Positions 41,584 through 51,652 of a stretch of 64,000 nt of DNA are shown one piece after another. Within the stretch, counting starts at the first letter, position 1. The number at the start of each line of letters is the position of its first letter. This DNA is from an uncultured Oscillibacter sp. (GTDB lineage: Bacteria; Bacillota; Clostridia; Oscillospirales; Oscillospiraceae), in the NCBI GenBank assembly GCA_910584075.1, contig CAJTZI010000005.1, forward strand, positions 958-64,957, written 5' to 3'. Below the pieces are notes generated by a model. That model did not search any database. It saw nothing but the letters and a program-made list of their open reading frames with translations, and was not told the DNA's origin. The translations under genes and the position numbers were made by a program.

Positions 41584-41636
41584 TTGTCACACTTTTCACA
41601 AGATAGCATTATACCATAGGATCGCCGTGATTGCAA
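41584..41636 (-). promoter_or_regulatory. sigmaA promoter plus Rex-like operator
   Basis: TTGCAA-N17-TATAAT; 18-bp dyad TTGTCACACTTTTCACAA (41584-41601) at the predicted start site. Confidence 0.7.
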
Positions 41637-41706
41637 CGAAAATGTCAAAAAAATCACAATTTTTCAAAAAGAGAAACGGGCCAAAGGCCCGCCCTCTCTA
41701 CGCGGC

Positions 41707-43677
41707 TTATTCCTCGGTCTCCAGAACCCCGGCATCCTCCTCCGGCTCGCCGGCGGGCGCCAGCAGGGCGCGGATGGACAGGGAAATCTTCTGCTTTTCC
41801 TCGTCGATGGCCGTGATCTTTACATCCACAGTCTGATTCTCAGACAGCACGTCCTCGGGCTTGTCAATACGGCGGTCCGCGATCTGGGAGATGTGGATGA
41901 GGCCGTCCACGCCGGGCACCACCTCGGCAAAGGCACCGAAGGTCATCAGCTTGACGATGCGGACGGTGGCCACATCGCCCACGGCGTACTTGTCCATGAA
42001 CACCTGCCAGGGATTGACGTTGTGGTCCTTCACGCCCAGGGAGATCTTCCGCTTCTCGGCGTCGAAGGAGATGACATACACCTCCATGGGATCGCCCACC
42101 TTGCACACCTCGGCGGGGGTCTTGATCCGGCTCCAGCTCAGCTCGGAGATATGTACCATACCGTCCACGCCGCCGATGTCCACAAATACGCCGTAGCTGG
42201 TCATGGACTTCACGGTGCCGGAGTAGCGCTTACCCACCTCGATGTTGGCCCACACCTCTTCCTGGGCGGCCTTGCGGGCCTCGTCGGTGACGGCCCGGAT
42301 GGAGCCCACCACACGGCGGCGGGCGCGGTTGACCTCGGTGACGCGCAGCTGCACCTTCTGCTTGACCATGGCGCTCAGATCCGCGCCGCGGGGCTGGCCG
42401 CTCTGGGAGGCGGGGACAAACACCCGCACGCCCTTGACGGAGACCACGATGCCGCCCTTGTTCTCCTCGGTGACAGTGCCCTCCAGCACGGTCTTCTCCT
42501 CAACAGCGGTCTCGATGTTCTCCCACACCTTGACGGCGTCCAGGCGCTTCTTGCTCAGCTCGGCGTAGCCCTCCACATCGTTGACGCGGACGATGTAGGT
42601 CTCGATCTCGTCGCCTACCTTGACAATGTCCTCGGGCTTGGCACTGGGGTCGTCGCTCAGTTCACTGAACTTGATGTAGGCGGCCTGCTTGGCGCCCACA
42701 TCCACCTGCACCTCAGTCGGCGTGATCGCCGTGACAATGCCGGTTACTTTCTCTCCTGTATTTAAAGTTTTGAAAGACTGATTCAGTAATTCCTCGAAGG
42801 ACTCCTCTTTGCCCTCGGCCGCTTTGATTTCTTCGCTCATCGTTGCATATACCTCCTTAATAATGCCCGCTGGCGTGGAGGCTCCGGCCGTAAGGCCCGC
42901 AACAGAACAACCATCGAAAAAATCCGGCGAGAGCTCGTCCGCCCCCTCAATCTGGAGGACGCGGGGACATCTCTCTTTGCAAATTTCTGTCAAATGTTTG
43001 GTGTTGGCGCTTTTACGGTCTCCCACCACGACCATCACGTCGGCCCGGGCGGCGATTTCCACCGCCTCGGACTGGCGCTTGTGCGTAGCATTGCATATTG
43101 TATCAAATATTTTCGCGTTTGTACACTCTTTTTTTATGATTTTCCAAGAAGTTTCAAAAAGTTCACGAATACAGGTGGTCTGGGCCGCCACCGTCAAGGG
43201 GAGCTCCCGGTTTTCCGGGGCGCTGTCCAGCCACCGGCGGACAGCCTCCGGCCCGTCGAACACCAGAGGTTCCCGGCACCAGCTGGCCACGCCCGTCACC
43301 TCCGGGTGGCCGGGATCACCGATGATCACCGCCCGGCGGCCCTCCTTCTCGGCCTGGGCCACCAGCCGCTGGATCCGCACCACGTTGGGGCATGTGGCGT
43401 TGATGCAGAGGACTCCCCGGGCCTCCAGAGCCTCCAGCACGCCCTTCCGCTCTCCGTGGGACCGGATCACCACCGTTTCCCCGGGGCCCAGGGAAGACGG
43501 ATCCGCCGTCTTCCGGACGCCCCTTCGGGCCAGGTCCTCCACCACATAGGTGTTGTGGATCAGATCCCCCAGCATCCAGCAGCCGCCGGTGTCAGCGACG
43601 GTCTTCTCCGCCAGCTCCACCGCCCGTCGCACACCGTAGCAGAATCCGGCGCTCCGCGCCAGCAGGACCTCCTTCAC
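41707..43677 (-). CDS. ispH/rpsA: IspH (HMBPP reductase) - ribosomal protein S1 fusion
   Basis: AGFCYGV, NATCP, DTICNAT, TAGASTP followed in frame by four S1 repeats. Confidence 0.95.
   Translation of the reverse strand: MKEVLLARSAGFCYGVRRAVELAEKTVADTGGCWMLGDLIHNTYVVEDLARRGVRKTADPSSLGPGETVVIRSHGERKGVLEALEARGVLCINATCPNVVRIQRLVAQAEKEGRRAVIIGDPGHPEVTGVASWCREPLVFDGPEAVRRWLDSAPENRELPLTVAAQTTCIRELFETSWKIIKKECTNAKIFDTICNATHKRQSEAVEIAARADVMVVVGDRKSANTKHLTEICKERCPRVLQIEGADELSPDFFDGCSVAGLTAGASTPAGIIKEVYATMSEEIKAAEGKEESFEELLNQSFKTLNTGEKVTGIVTAITPTEVQVDVGAKQAAYIKFSELSDDPSAKPEDIVKVGDEIETYIVRVNDVEGYAELSKKRLDAVKVWENIETAVEEKTVLEGTVTEENKGGIVVSVKGVRVFVPASQSGQPRGADLSAMVKQKVQLRVTEVNRARRRVVGSIRAVTDEARKAAQEEVWANIEVGKRYSGTVKSMTSYGVFVDIGGVDGMVHISELSWSRIKTPAEVCKVGDPMEVYVISFDAEKRKISLGVKDHNVNPWQVFMDKYAVGDVATVRIVKLMTFGAFAEVVPGVDGLIHISQIADRRIDKPEDVLSENQTVDVKITAIDEEKQKISLSIRALLAPAGEPEEDAGVLETEE
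43097..43125 (-). promoter_or_regulatory. Candidate internal promoter within ispH
   Basis: TGTACA-N17-TACAAT with TG extension and an upstream A tract, in an AT-rich patch. Confidence 0.6.
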
Positions 43678-44309
43678 AGCGGCCTCCCCCCCACGGCCTG
43701 ACCGCCCAGGGCGTAGGCCGCCGCCAGAACCTCATCCGCGATTTTCTGCATCTCCTCCGACGTGCCCCGCCGCCCGGTATAATGGGGCTCATAGGGCTCG
43801 CCGAAGATGATGCGGGTGCGGTGGAACAGCTTCTTCTCCCCGTCCACAAACACGGGCACCAGCGCCGCGCCGGTCCGTACGCCGATCATGGCCACCCCCG
43901 CCTTGGCGTGGGCCGGCAGTCCGTCTATGTACCCCACGCCGTTCCGGACCACAGTCCCCTCCGGGAAGATCAGCAGATTATCGCCGTCCTTGATGGCCTG
44001 CATGGCGGTACGCACGGTGTTGATGTCGTTGTTTCCCCGGCTGACCGGAAAGGCCCCCACCTTCCGCAGCAGCCATCCCAGCAGCGGGTTTTGAAACAGT
44101 TCCTCCTTGGCCATGATGTGGAGGCGGTAGTTTTTGGGCAGCTTCAGCGCCACCAGAATGGGGTCCCAGTTGCTGGCGTGGTTGGGACACAGCAGAACGC
44201 CGTTTTGGGGCAGCCGCTCCATGCCCTCTACGGAGACCGGGTGCAGAATGTCCGCCACCAGGCCAACTACATAATAAATGAAGACAAATAAACGGTTGAA
44301 TGGCCTCAT
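43674..44309 (-). CDS. plsC: 1-acyl-sn-glycerol-3-phosphate acyltransferase
   Basis: NHASNWD, IFPEGT. Confidence 0.92.
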   Translation of the reverse strand: MRPFNRLFVFIYYVVGLVADILHPVSVEGMERLPQNGVLLCPNHASNWDPILVALKLPKNYRLHIMAKEELFQNPLLGWLLRKVGAFPVSRGNNDINTVRTAMQAIKDGDNLLIFPEGTVVRNGVGYIDGLPAHAKAGVAMIGVRTGAALVPVFVDGEKKLFHRTRIIFGEPYEPHYTGRRGTSEEMQKIADEVLAAAYALGGQAVGGRPL

Positions 44310-44986
44310 GCGCCGCCCGTCCTTTCCCGGATGATTGCCAGCAGCGCCGCTTCACTCTCCTGAAAATCCAGCGCCGTGGTGTCCAGCAGCACGGCGTCAT
44401 CCGCCTGACGCAGGGGCGCGACGGAACGGTTGGTATCGCTTCTGTCCCGCTCCCCGATCTCTCTCAGGACCTCCTGGTAGGGCTGGGGAGTCCCCCGCTG
44501 CTCCAGCTCCAGACAGCGGCGGCGGGCCCGTGCCTCCGGCGAAGCGGTCAGGAAGATCTTCACCTCCGCGTCCGGCAGCACCACGGTGCCGATGTCCCGC
44601 CCGTCCATGATGACGCTGTGCTCCCGGGCCAGCTTTCGCTGCATCTCCAGCAGGAAAGCCCGCACGCCCGGATGCGCGGAGACAGCGGATGCACACAGGG
44701 AGATCTCCGGCAGGCGGATGGCCTCCGTCACATCCTCTCCGTTCAGCAGCATGTGCTGCAGCCCGTCCTCCCCATAGGCCATCTCCACAGTGACCTCCGG
44801 CAGAGCGGCTGCAACGGCCTCCCCGTCTTTCAGATCTAAGCCGCGGCCGCGGGCATAATAGCCGACCGTGCGGTAGATGGCCCCGGTATCCACATACAGG
44901 TAGCCCAGTTTTCCGGCAATTGCTCTGGCCAACGTGCTCTTTCCGGCGCCGGAGGGCCCATCAATGGCAATGCGGATGGTGTTCAT
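44306..44986 (-). CDS. cmk: Cytidylate kinase
   Basis: IDGPSGAGKS, DTGAIYR, DGRDIGT. Confidence 0.97.
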   Translation of the reverse strand: MNTIRIAIDGPSGAGKSTLARAIAGKLGYLYVDTGAIYRTVGYYARGRGLDLKDGEAVAAALPEVTVEMAYGEDGLQHMLLNGEDVTEAIRLPEISLCASAVSAHPGVRAFLLEMQRKLAREHSVIMDGRDIGTVVLPDAEVKIFLTASPEARARRRCLELEQRGTPQPYQEVLREIGERDRSDTNRSVAPLRQADDAVLLDTTALDFQESEAALLAIIRERTGGA

Positions 44987-45001
44987 CTCTCTTCTCCCCT
45001 G

Positions 45002-46243
45002 TCAATCATCATTATTCGCCGCCTTCGCTGCCGCGAATCCGGCGGCACGGCCTGTGGCCCAGGCGATCTGCAAATTAAATCCGCCGGTATAGGCGTCCAC
45101 ATCGATCAGTTCTCCCGCAAAGTATAATCCCTTTACAATTTTTGATTCCATCGTATTTGGATTGATCTCCCCCACCTTGACGCCGCCGGAGGTGACAATG
45201 GCGTCCGTCACGGGACAGGGGCCGGCAATCGCTACGGGAAAATGCTTCAGAACAGCCAGCAAGCCCCGGCGCTGCTCCCGGGTGACATCGTGCACTTTTC
45301 GGCGTGGCTCGATTTCCGAGATCCGAATGATCATGGGAATCAGTTTTTTGGGCAGCAGGTCATCCAGGGCGTTGCAGAAATCATGGTTGGCGTATTTCTC
45401 GAAATCCGCCAGCAGGCGCCGGTCCAGCGTCTGCTCATCCAGCGCGGGTTTCAGATCAATCTCCAGATGATAGGCCCGCTCGCCAAACCGCCGCATATGG
45501 GCAGAGGCCGACAGAATCAGCGGCCCGCTGACGCCGAAATGGGTGAAGACCAGCTCCCCGAAGTCTGTGTAAATCTTCCGGCTGTTCTCAAAAACCGTCA
45601 GCCCCACGTTCCGCAGGCTCAGGCCCTGCAATTCTCGGCCAACGCCGAAGTCCCGCAGAGGAACCAGGGAGCCCCGGAGGGGCGTCACTGTGTGCCCGGT
45701 CTTCGCCGCCATACGGTGGCCCTCTCCCGTGGAGCCGGTGGCGGGATAGGAGACGCCTCCGGTGGCCAAAATCACCGCCGCCGCTGGATAGTGCCGGCGC
45801 TCCCCTGTCACACCATGCACCGCGCCGCCTCCAGTCTCCAGCGCCGCCGCCCGGTCCCGGACCAGAGAAACCCCAAGGGCTCTCAGCCGCCGCTCCAGTG
45901 CGGCACTGACGTCAAAGGCCCGGTCACTGACTGGAAACACCCGGTTTCCCCGCTCGGTTTTCAGCGGTACGCCCAGCCCTTCAAAAAAAGCCATGGCATC
46001 CCGTCCGTCAAAGCGGGAAAAGACACTGTAAAGGAATTTCCCATTTCTGGGAACATTGGCCAGCAGCTCCTCCGTTCCGGCGCTGCTGGTCACGTTGCAG
46101 CGGCCCTTGCCAGTGATGTTCAGCTTCTTCCCCAGCCGCTCATTGGGCTCCAGCAGCGTCACGTGCCCGCCGTGCTCCGCCGCAGAAACGGCGGCCATCA
46201 TTCCGGCGGCGCCTCCGCCGATGACAACGATCTCCTTATTCAT
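45002..46243 (-). CDS. HI0933/BaiN-family flavoprotein
   Basis: GGGAAG, ITGKGRCNVT, TGGFNLQIAW. Confidence 0.93.
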   Translation of the reverse strand: MNKEIVVIGGGAAGMMAAVSAAEHGGHVTLLEPNERLGKKLNITGKGRCNVTSSAGTEELLANVPRNGKFLYSVFSRFDGRDAMAFFEGLGVPLKTERGNRVFPVSDRAFDVSAALERRLRALGVSLVRDRAAALETGGGAVHGVTGERRHYPAAAVILATGGVSYPATGSTGEGHRMAAKTGHTVTPLRGSLVPLRDFGVGRELQGLSLRNVGLTVFENSRKIYTDFGELVFTHFGVSGPLILSASAHMRRFGERAYHLEIDLKPALDEQTLDRRLLADFEKYANHDFCNALDDLLPKKLIPMIIRISEIEPRRKVHDVTREQRRGLLAVLKHFPVAIAGPCPVTDAIVTSGGVKVGEINPNTMESKIVKGLYFAGELIDVDAYTGGFNLQIAWATGRAAGFAAAKAANNDD

Positions 46244-47102
46244 CGTCCGTCTTCCCAAATACGTCGTAGGTGTTCCAGATATCCTCCAGCTCCGCGAAGG
46301 TCTTGGCCGCGTCAGTCCCCAGCCGGACACCGATGGCGATCAGCAGCGCGTTGATCAGGGACAGGGGCGCCACCATGGAATCCACAAAGGAGATCATCTC
46401 ACAGGGAGCCAGCAGGGCCGCGTCCGCCATCCGGTATACCGGAGACAGCTCGTTATCCGTAATGGCAATGATGGACGCTCCCCGGTCCTGGGCAAACTTT
46501 ACTGTATTCAGCGTCACTCTGGAGTATCGGGGAAAGCTGATGGCCACCATCACATCCTCCGGTCCGATGCGCAGCAGCTGCTCAAAGATCTCCCCTGCGG
46601 CGTTGGACTGCACCAGCGTCACGTTCTCCGTCAGCAAGTGCATATAAAAATTCAGATAGCCCGCTACAAAGGAGGACGAGCGCACGCCCAGGATATAGAT
46701 GTGGCGGCAGCTCAGCAGCTGGTCCATCACCCGGTCGAACTCGCTCTGATTGGCCTCACTGGCCATCAGCCGCAGCTTCTCAATATCCGACTGCACCACC
46801 GCGGGCAGGATTGACCGCCGGTCAAACAGATCTCCCGCCGCCTGAATGCGCTGGGTGGATGTCAGACGGCTGCGGATCATCTCCTGCAGGGCCCGCTGCA
46901 TACTGGGATAGCCGTCGTATCCCAGCTCCGAGGCAAAGCGCACCACCGTGGATTCGCTGACCTCCGCCAGCTTCCCCAGCTTGCTGGCGGTCAGAAAGGC
47001 CGCCTTGTCGTAATTTTCCAGGATATAGTTGGCGATTCGCTTTTGTCCCTTGGAAAAGCCCGCCATATTAGTCTCAATGGTATGTAAAATGTTCTTTGCC
47101 AC
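46236..47102 (-). CDS. MurR/RpiR-family regulator
   Basis: VSESTVVRFA helix-turn-helix plus SIS domain (ISFPRYS, AITD). Confidence 0.93.
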   Translation of the reverse strand: MAKNILHTIETNMAGFSKGQKRIANYILENYDKAAFLTASKLGKLAEVSESTVVRFASELGYDGYPSMQRALQEMIRSRLTSTQRIQAAGDLFDRRSILPAVVQSDIEKLRLMASEANQSEFDRVMDQLLSCRHIYILGVRSSSFVAGYLNFYMHLLTENVTLVQSNAAGEIFEQLLRIGPEDVMVAISFPRYSRVTLNTVKFAQDRGASIIAITDNELSPVYRMADAALLAPCEMISFVDSMVAPLSLINALLIAIGVRLGTDAAKTFAELEDIWNTYDVFGKTDDE

Positions 47103-47320
47103 GGTAGTTCCTCCGACCCGCTCCAGGCGATGGATTCACGGTCTCCAATTTACAGAATGGGAAAACGCATCCTGTGGTATTGTACCACAAATTCCAGTGG
47201 ATTCAACCGTTTTTTGCAGGATTTTTTTCGTGTCTTGCAAAATCAGGGCGGTATCTCCGCCAATCCATCGGCCCGGCGGCAAAAAAGGCCTGTATTTTCC
47301 AAATTATTTTTAAAAATAGT

Positions 47321-47349
47321 TTGACAACCGGGCTATAATCCCTTATAAT
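47321..47349 (+). promoter_or_regulatory. Consensus sigmaA promoter for yceD-rpmF
   Basis: TTGACA-N17-TATAAT. Confidence 0.85.
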
Positions 47350-47376
47350 ACTAGTCGTGTCATTGCGAGGTAGCTT

Positions 47377-47874
47377 ATGCTTTTAGATGTAAAACCGATC
47401 CTGCACACTCCGGGTGGACGTCTGGAGTTCCAATTTGATCTGGACCTCTCCGATGTGGAATTCTCCGGACGGTATCCGGTATCCTGCCCCCTCTCCGTCT
47501 CCGGCGAAGTGCGGAACACCGCCGATGTGCTCCATTTGGACCTGACCGCCCGGACCACGCTGGACGCCGTCTGCGACCGTTGCGGCAGGGAGTTCTCTCT
47601 GGAGAAAGAGGTTCCCTATCACTGTATGCTGGCGGAGTCCCTGGAAAACGGAGAGAGCGACGAGATCGAACTGCTGGAGGACGGCAAAGCGGATCTCGGC
47701 GAACTGGCCCGTACCGCGTTCATCCTCGGGATGGACACCAAAACCCTGTGTTCTGAAGATTGCAAAGGACTGTGCTCCCGCTGCGGCGCCGATCTGAACC
47801 TCGGCCCCTGCTCCTGTAAAAAGGAGATTGATCCGCGGCTGGCGGCCCTTGCCAAGCTTTTGGAGAACAAATAG
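47377..47874 (+). CDS. YceD/DUF177 protein
   Basis: CDRC, LCSEDCKGLC, DPRLAAL; upstream of rpmF. Confidence 0.92.
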   Translation: MLLDVKPILHTPGGRLEFQFDLDLSDVEFSGRYPVSCPLSVSGEVRNTADVLHLDLTARTTLDAVCDRCGREFSLEKEVPYHCMLAESLENGESDEIELLEDGKADLGELARTAFILGMDTKTLCSEDCKGLCSRCGADLNLGPCSCKKEIDPRLAALAKLLENK

Positions 47875-47932
47875 AGAAATGAGATAAGGACAGGCCCTGC
47901 CTGTGCCTTTGAACGATCAAGGAGGTGTCACA

Positions 47933-48127
47933 ATGGCAGTACCCAAGAGAAAAGTATCCAAAGCAAGACGCGACAAACGCCGCAGCTCCACCTGGAAGCT
48001 GGCGTCCCCCGCTCTCGTCGTTTGCCCGAAATGCGGTGCGCAGCACCTGCCTCACAGAATGTGCCAGGAATGCGGTACGTATAATGGCCGCGAGGTCAAG
48101 GTTGTCAAGTCCGTTGTCGCAAAATAA
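47933..48127 (+). CDS. rpmF: 50S ribosomal protein L32
   Basis: MAVPKRKVSKARRDKRR and CxxC/CxxC. Confidence 0.97.
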   Translation: MAVPKRKVSKARRDKRRSSTWKLASPALVVCPKCGAQHLPHRMCQECGTYNGREVKVVKSVVAK

Positions 48128-48258
48128 GGGATTTTGTACGCTTGCTTAGGAGGGAAGATCTGTCTTCCCTCCTTGCTTTTTGTCTTGCGATCCCGCCTGT
48201 GAGCGGGTATAATATCTATATCAATTATGATTTACAAAGAGAAAGGAAGTGAGGGCCT

Positions 48259-49584
48259 ATGAAACCCATCGTCGCCATTGTGGGACGGCCCAACGTGGGC
48301 AAGTCCCAGCTGTTCAACAAGCTGGTGGGACGGCGAGTCTCCATTGTGGAGGACACCCCCGGCGTCACCCGGGACCGCATCTACGGGGAGACCGACTGGA
48401 ACGGGCGACAGTTCACCCTCATCGACACCGGCGGCATCGAGCCTCGCACCGACAACCTGATTTTGGAATTCATGCGGGACCAGGCCCAAACCGCCATTGA
48501 GACCGCCACAGTCATCATCTTTTTGACAGACATCCGAACAGGGCTCACCGCCTCCGACCATGAGGTGGCAAATATGCTGCTGCGCAGCGGAAAGCCCATC
48601 GTGCTGGCGGTGAACAAAATGGACTCCACCGGCACGCCGGACCCGGATTTTTACGAGTTCTACAATCTGGGGCTGGGGGACCCCATCGCCGTCTCCGCCG
48701 TCCACGGCCACGGCACCGGCGACCTGCTGGACGCCTGTGTGGCCCACTTCCCTCCCGAGGAGTCCGAAGCAGAGGAGGATGACGCCATCCACGTGGCGGT
48801 CATCGGCAAGCCCAACGCGGGCAAGTCCTCCCTGGTAAACAAAATCCTGGGCGAGGAGCGGGTCATCGTTTCGGATATTGCCGGCACCACCCGGGACGCC
48901 ATTGACTCCCGGTTTGAAAACGACAAGGGCTGCTTTGTCTTCATCGACACCGCCGGCATACGGCGGCGGTCCAAGGTGTCGGAGGACATTGAGAAATACA
49001 GCGTCCTCCGGGCCACCATGGCCATCGAGCGGGCAGACGTGTGCCTGATTCTCATCGACGCTTCGGAGGGCGTCACGGAGCAGGACACCAAGGTGGCAGG
49101 GCTCGCCCACGAGGCCGGCAAGGCCAGCGTCATCGTGGTGAACAAATGGGACCTGATTGAAAAGGACGGCAAGACCATGGACCGTATGCGAGAGGAGGTC
49201 CGGCAGGGCCTCAGCTTCATGGCATACGCCCCCATCCTCTTCATCTCCGCAAAAACCGGACAGCGGGTGGAGCGGCTCTTTGAGCTCATCGACTACGTCT
49301 CCAATCAGGCCGCCACCCGCATCACCACCGGGATGCTGAACAACGTCCTGGCAGACGCCCAGACCCGGGTCCAGCCCCCCACCGACAAGGGCCGGCGGCT
49401 GAAGATCTACTATATGACCCAGGTGGGCGTGAAGCCGCCCCACTTCGTGGTCTTCTGCAACGACACCCGTCTATTCCACTTCTCATACCAGCGGTATCTG
49501 GAAAACTGTATCCGCAATACTTTCGGTCTGGAGGGGACGCCTGTCATTCTCTCCGTCCGGCAGCGGGGCGAAAAGGAGGAGTGA
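48259..49584 (+). CDS. der: Ribosome biogenesis GTPase Der
   Basis: Tandem G domains GRPNVGKS and GKPNAGKS; KH-like C-terminus. Confidence 0.97.
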   Translation: MKPIVAIVGRPNVGKSQLFNKLVGRRVSIVEDTPGVTRDRIYGETDWNGRQFTLIDTGGIEPRTDNLILEFMRDQAQTAIETATVIIFLTDIRTGLTASDHEVANMLLRSGKPIVLAVNKMDSTGTPDPDFYEFYNLGLGDPIAVSAVHGHGTGDLLDACVAHFPPEESEAEEDDAIHVAVIGKPNAGKSSLVNKILGEERVIVSDIAGTTRDAIDSRFENDKGCFVFIDTAGIRRRSKVSEDIEKYSVLRATMAIERADVCLILIDASEGVTEQDTKVAGLAHEAGKASVIVVNKWDLIEKDGKTMDRMREEVRQGLSFMAYAPILFISAKTGQRVERLFELIDYVSNQAATRITTGMLNNVLADAQTRVQPPTDKGRRLKIYYMTQVGVKPPHFVVFCNDTRLFHFSYQRYLENCIRNTFGLEGTPVILSVRQRGEKEE

Positions 49585-49588
49585 GCGA

Positions 49589-50272
49589 ATGGAAAACTGG
49601 TGGCTTTTAATCCTGCTGGTGTACGGCGGTCCAGCGCTGGCCGCTTATCTGCTGGGCTGCTTCAACGGCGCCGTCATTGTCTCCAAGTATATCCTGCGGG
49701 ACGATGTACGGAACCACGGCAGCGGCAACGCGGGGCTCACCAACTTCTACCGCACTTTCGGCGGCCCGCTGACGGCGCTGGTAATTCTGACAGATGTTCT
49801 CAAGGCAGTTTTTGCCCTCTTGCTTGGTGTCTGGGTCTTTGGATGGCTTCCCGGAGGCGGCCCGGTACTGTTCGGCCATCATATAGACGGCGTGCTGTTC
49901 GGCAAATACTGGGCGGGCCTCTTCTGCCTGCTGGGCCACATGTTTCCCTGCATGTTCAAGTTCAAGGGCGGTAAGGGCATTCTCTCCGGCGGCACTATCG
50001 CCATTATGATCGACTGGCGCATTGCCCTGGTGGTCTGGGGCGGATTCCTGCTCCTGACCATCCTCACCCGGTACGTCTCCCTGGGCTCCTTGTGGGCCGG
50101 GGCCAGCTTCCCCCTTGCCACCTGGGTGTGCTACCCGGACCCGGTGATCATCATTCTGGGCTTTCTCTGCGGAGGGCTGGTGGTCTGGCAGCACCGGGCC
50201 AACATCAAGCGGCTCCTCTCCGGCACGGAGAGCAAATTCAGCTTTCACCATAAAAAGGAGGGCGGATTATGA
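49589..50272 (+). CDS. plsY: Glycerol-3-phosphate acyltransferase PlsY
   Basis: GSGNAGLTN, FKGGKG, HRANI. Confidence 0.95.
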   Translation: MENWWLLILLVYGGPALAAYLLGCFNGAVIVSKYILRDDVRNHGSGNAGLTNFYRTFGGPLTALVILTDVLKAVFALLLGVWVFGWLPGGGPVLFGHHIDGVLFGKYWAGLFCLLGHMFPCMFKFKGGKGILSGGTIAIMIDWRIALVVWGGFLLLTILTRYVSLGSLWAGASFPLATWVCYPDPVIIILGFLCGGLVVWQHRANIKRLLSGTESKFSFHHKKEGGL

Positions 50273-51273
50273 AGACGGCAGTTTTAGGCAGCGGTGGCTG
50301 GGGTACGGCCCTGGCCCTGGTCCTCTGCGACAACGGGCACGATGTGGCCCTCTGGTCCCACTCCCCGGAAAAGGCGGAGCAGATGCAAAAGACCCTGGAG
50401 AATCCCCTGCTGAAAGGCGTCCCCCTGCCGGAGGCGCTTCACATCACTGGCAGTCTGGACTGTCTTTCCGGCGCGGAAATGGTGGTCAGCGCCGCGCCCT
50501 CCTTCGCCGTCCGGGCCACGGGGGAAAAGGCCCGGCCATACCTGCGGCCTGAAACCGTTCTGGTCACCGTCTCCAAGGGCATTGAGCGGGAGACCGGTCT
50601 CCGCATGAGCCAGATTCTCCAGGAGGCCACCGGAAATATCTGCAAGGTGGCCGCCCTCTCCGGTCCCTCCCACGCGGAGGAAGTGGGCCGAAAGCTGCCC
50701 ACCGGCTGTGTCTCCGCCTGTCCGGACCGGGCCGCGGCCCGGTTTGTACAGGACGCCTTCATGAACGACTATTTCCGGGTCTACACCAGCTACGACATCA
50801 TCGGCGTGGAGCTGGCGGCGGCCTTGAAAAACGTCATCGCCCTCTCCTGCGGCATCTGCACGGGCCTCGGGCTCCAGGACAACACCAAGGCCCTTTTGAT
50901 GACCCGCTCCATGGCGGAGCTCACCCGTCTGGGAGAACAGCTGGGCGGCACCCGCCGGACCTTCGGCGGCCTTGCCGGCATGGGGGATCTGATCGTCACC
51001 TGCACCTCTCTCCACTCCCGGAACTACCGGGCCGGCATCCTCATCGGCCAGGGCAGAACCGTTCAGGAGGCCATGGAGGAGGTGGGCGCCGTGGTGGAGG
51101 GCTACTACGCCGCCGAGAGCGTCTGCCAGCTGGCGGAGAAGGAGCAGGTGGAGATGCCCATCTGCCGCTGCGCCTACGAGGTGCTGTACCACGGCAAACA
51201 GGCCCGCGAGGTCGTCGGTGAGCTGATGGGCCGGGCCAAGAAGGATGAACTGCTGGAGCGAACCTGGATGTAA
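50269..51273 (+). CDS. gpsA: NAD(P)H-dependent glycerol-3-phosphate dehydrogenase
   Basis: GSGGWGTA, SGPSHAEEV, GDLIVTC, SRN. Confidence 0.96.
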   Translation: MKTAVLGSGGWGTALALVLCDNGHDVALWSHSPEKAEQMQKTLENPLLKGVPLPEALHITGSLDCLSGAEMVVSAAPSFAVRATGEKARPYLRPETVLVTVSKGIERETGLRMSQILQEATGNICKVAALSGPSHAEEVGRKLPTGCVSACPDRAAARFVQDAFMNDYFRVYTSYDIIGVELAAALKNVIALSCGICTGLGLQDNTKALLMTRSMAELTRLGEQLGGTRRTFGGLAGMGDLIVTCTSLHSRNYRAGILIGQGRTVQEAMEEVGAVVEGYYAAESVCQLAEKEQVEMPICRCAYEVLYHGKQAREVVGELMGRAKKDELLERTWM

Positions 51274-51361
51274 GTGGCAGCCCCCAGGCGGAAATATTTC
51301 CGTCCGGGGGCTCTCCATAGAAAAAATCCCGGACGGATGTCCGGGATTTTGTTTGTACATG

Positions 51362-51550
51362 TCAAATCGCTCTGGTGACCTTACCGGAACGCATGCACCG
51401 GGTACAAACATACACATGGCGGGGTGTACCGTTGACAATGGCCTTCACACGCTTCACGTTGGGCTTCCAGGGACGATTGGAACGCCGGTGAGAGTGGGAG
51501 ACCTGAATGCCGAAGGTAACGCCCTTGTCGCAAAACTCACACTTTGCCAT
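51362..51550 (-). CDS. rpmB: 50S ribosomal protein L28
   Basis: MAKCEFC...VSHSHRRSNRPWKPNV...CTRC. Confidence 0.96.
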   Translation of the reverse strand: MAKCEFCDKGVTFGIQVSHSHRRSNRPWKPNVKRVKAIVNGTPRHVYVCTRCMRSGKVTRAI

Positions 51551-51652
51551 CCTTTGCACCTCCTTGCTATTGCGCACTTTTATTATAATATCAGGAATAC
51601 CTACAAAATGCAAGAAAAATTTTCAGTAATTTCCCCTGCCCTTGACTGCAAA

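Noticed and set aside
41456-41599. N-terminal extension of the CoA-transferase
   Set aside because: The upstream SD abuts its TTG; ATG 41455 has a well-spaced AGGAGG and the family-typical N-terminus.
41707-43677. The IspH-S1 fusion itself as a novelty
   Set aside because: The fusion is already known in Clostridia; only the internal promoter and start are flagged.
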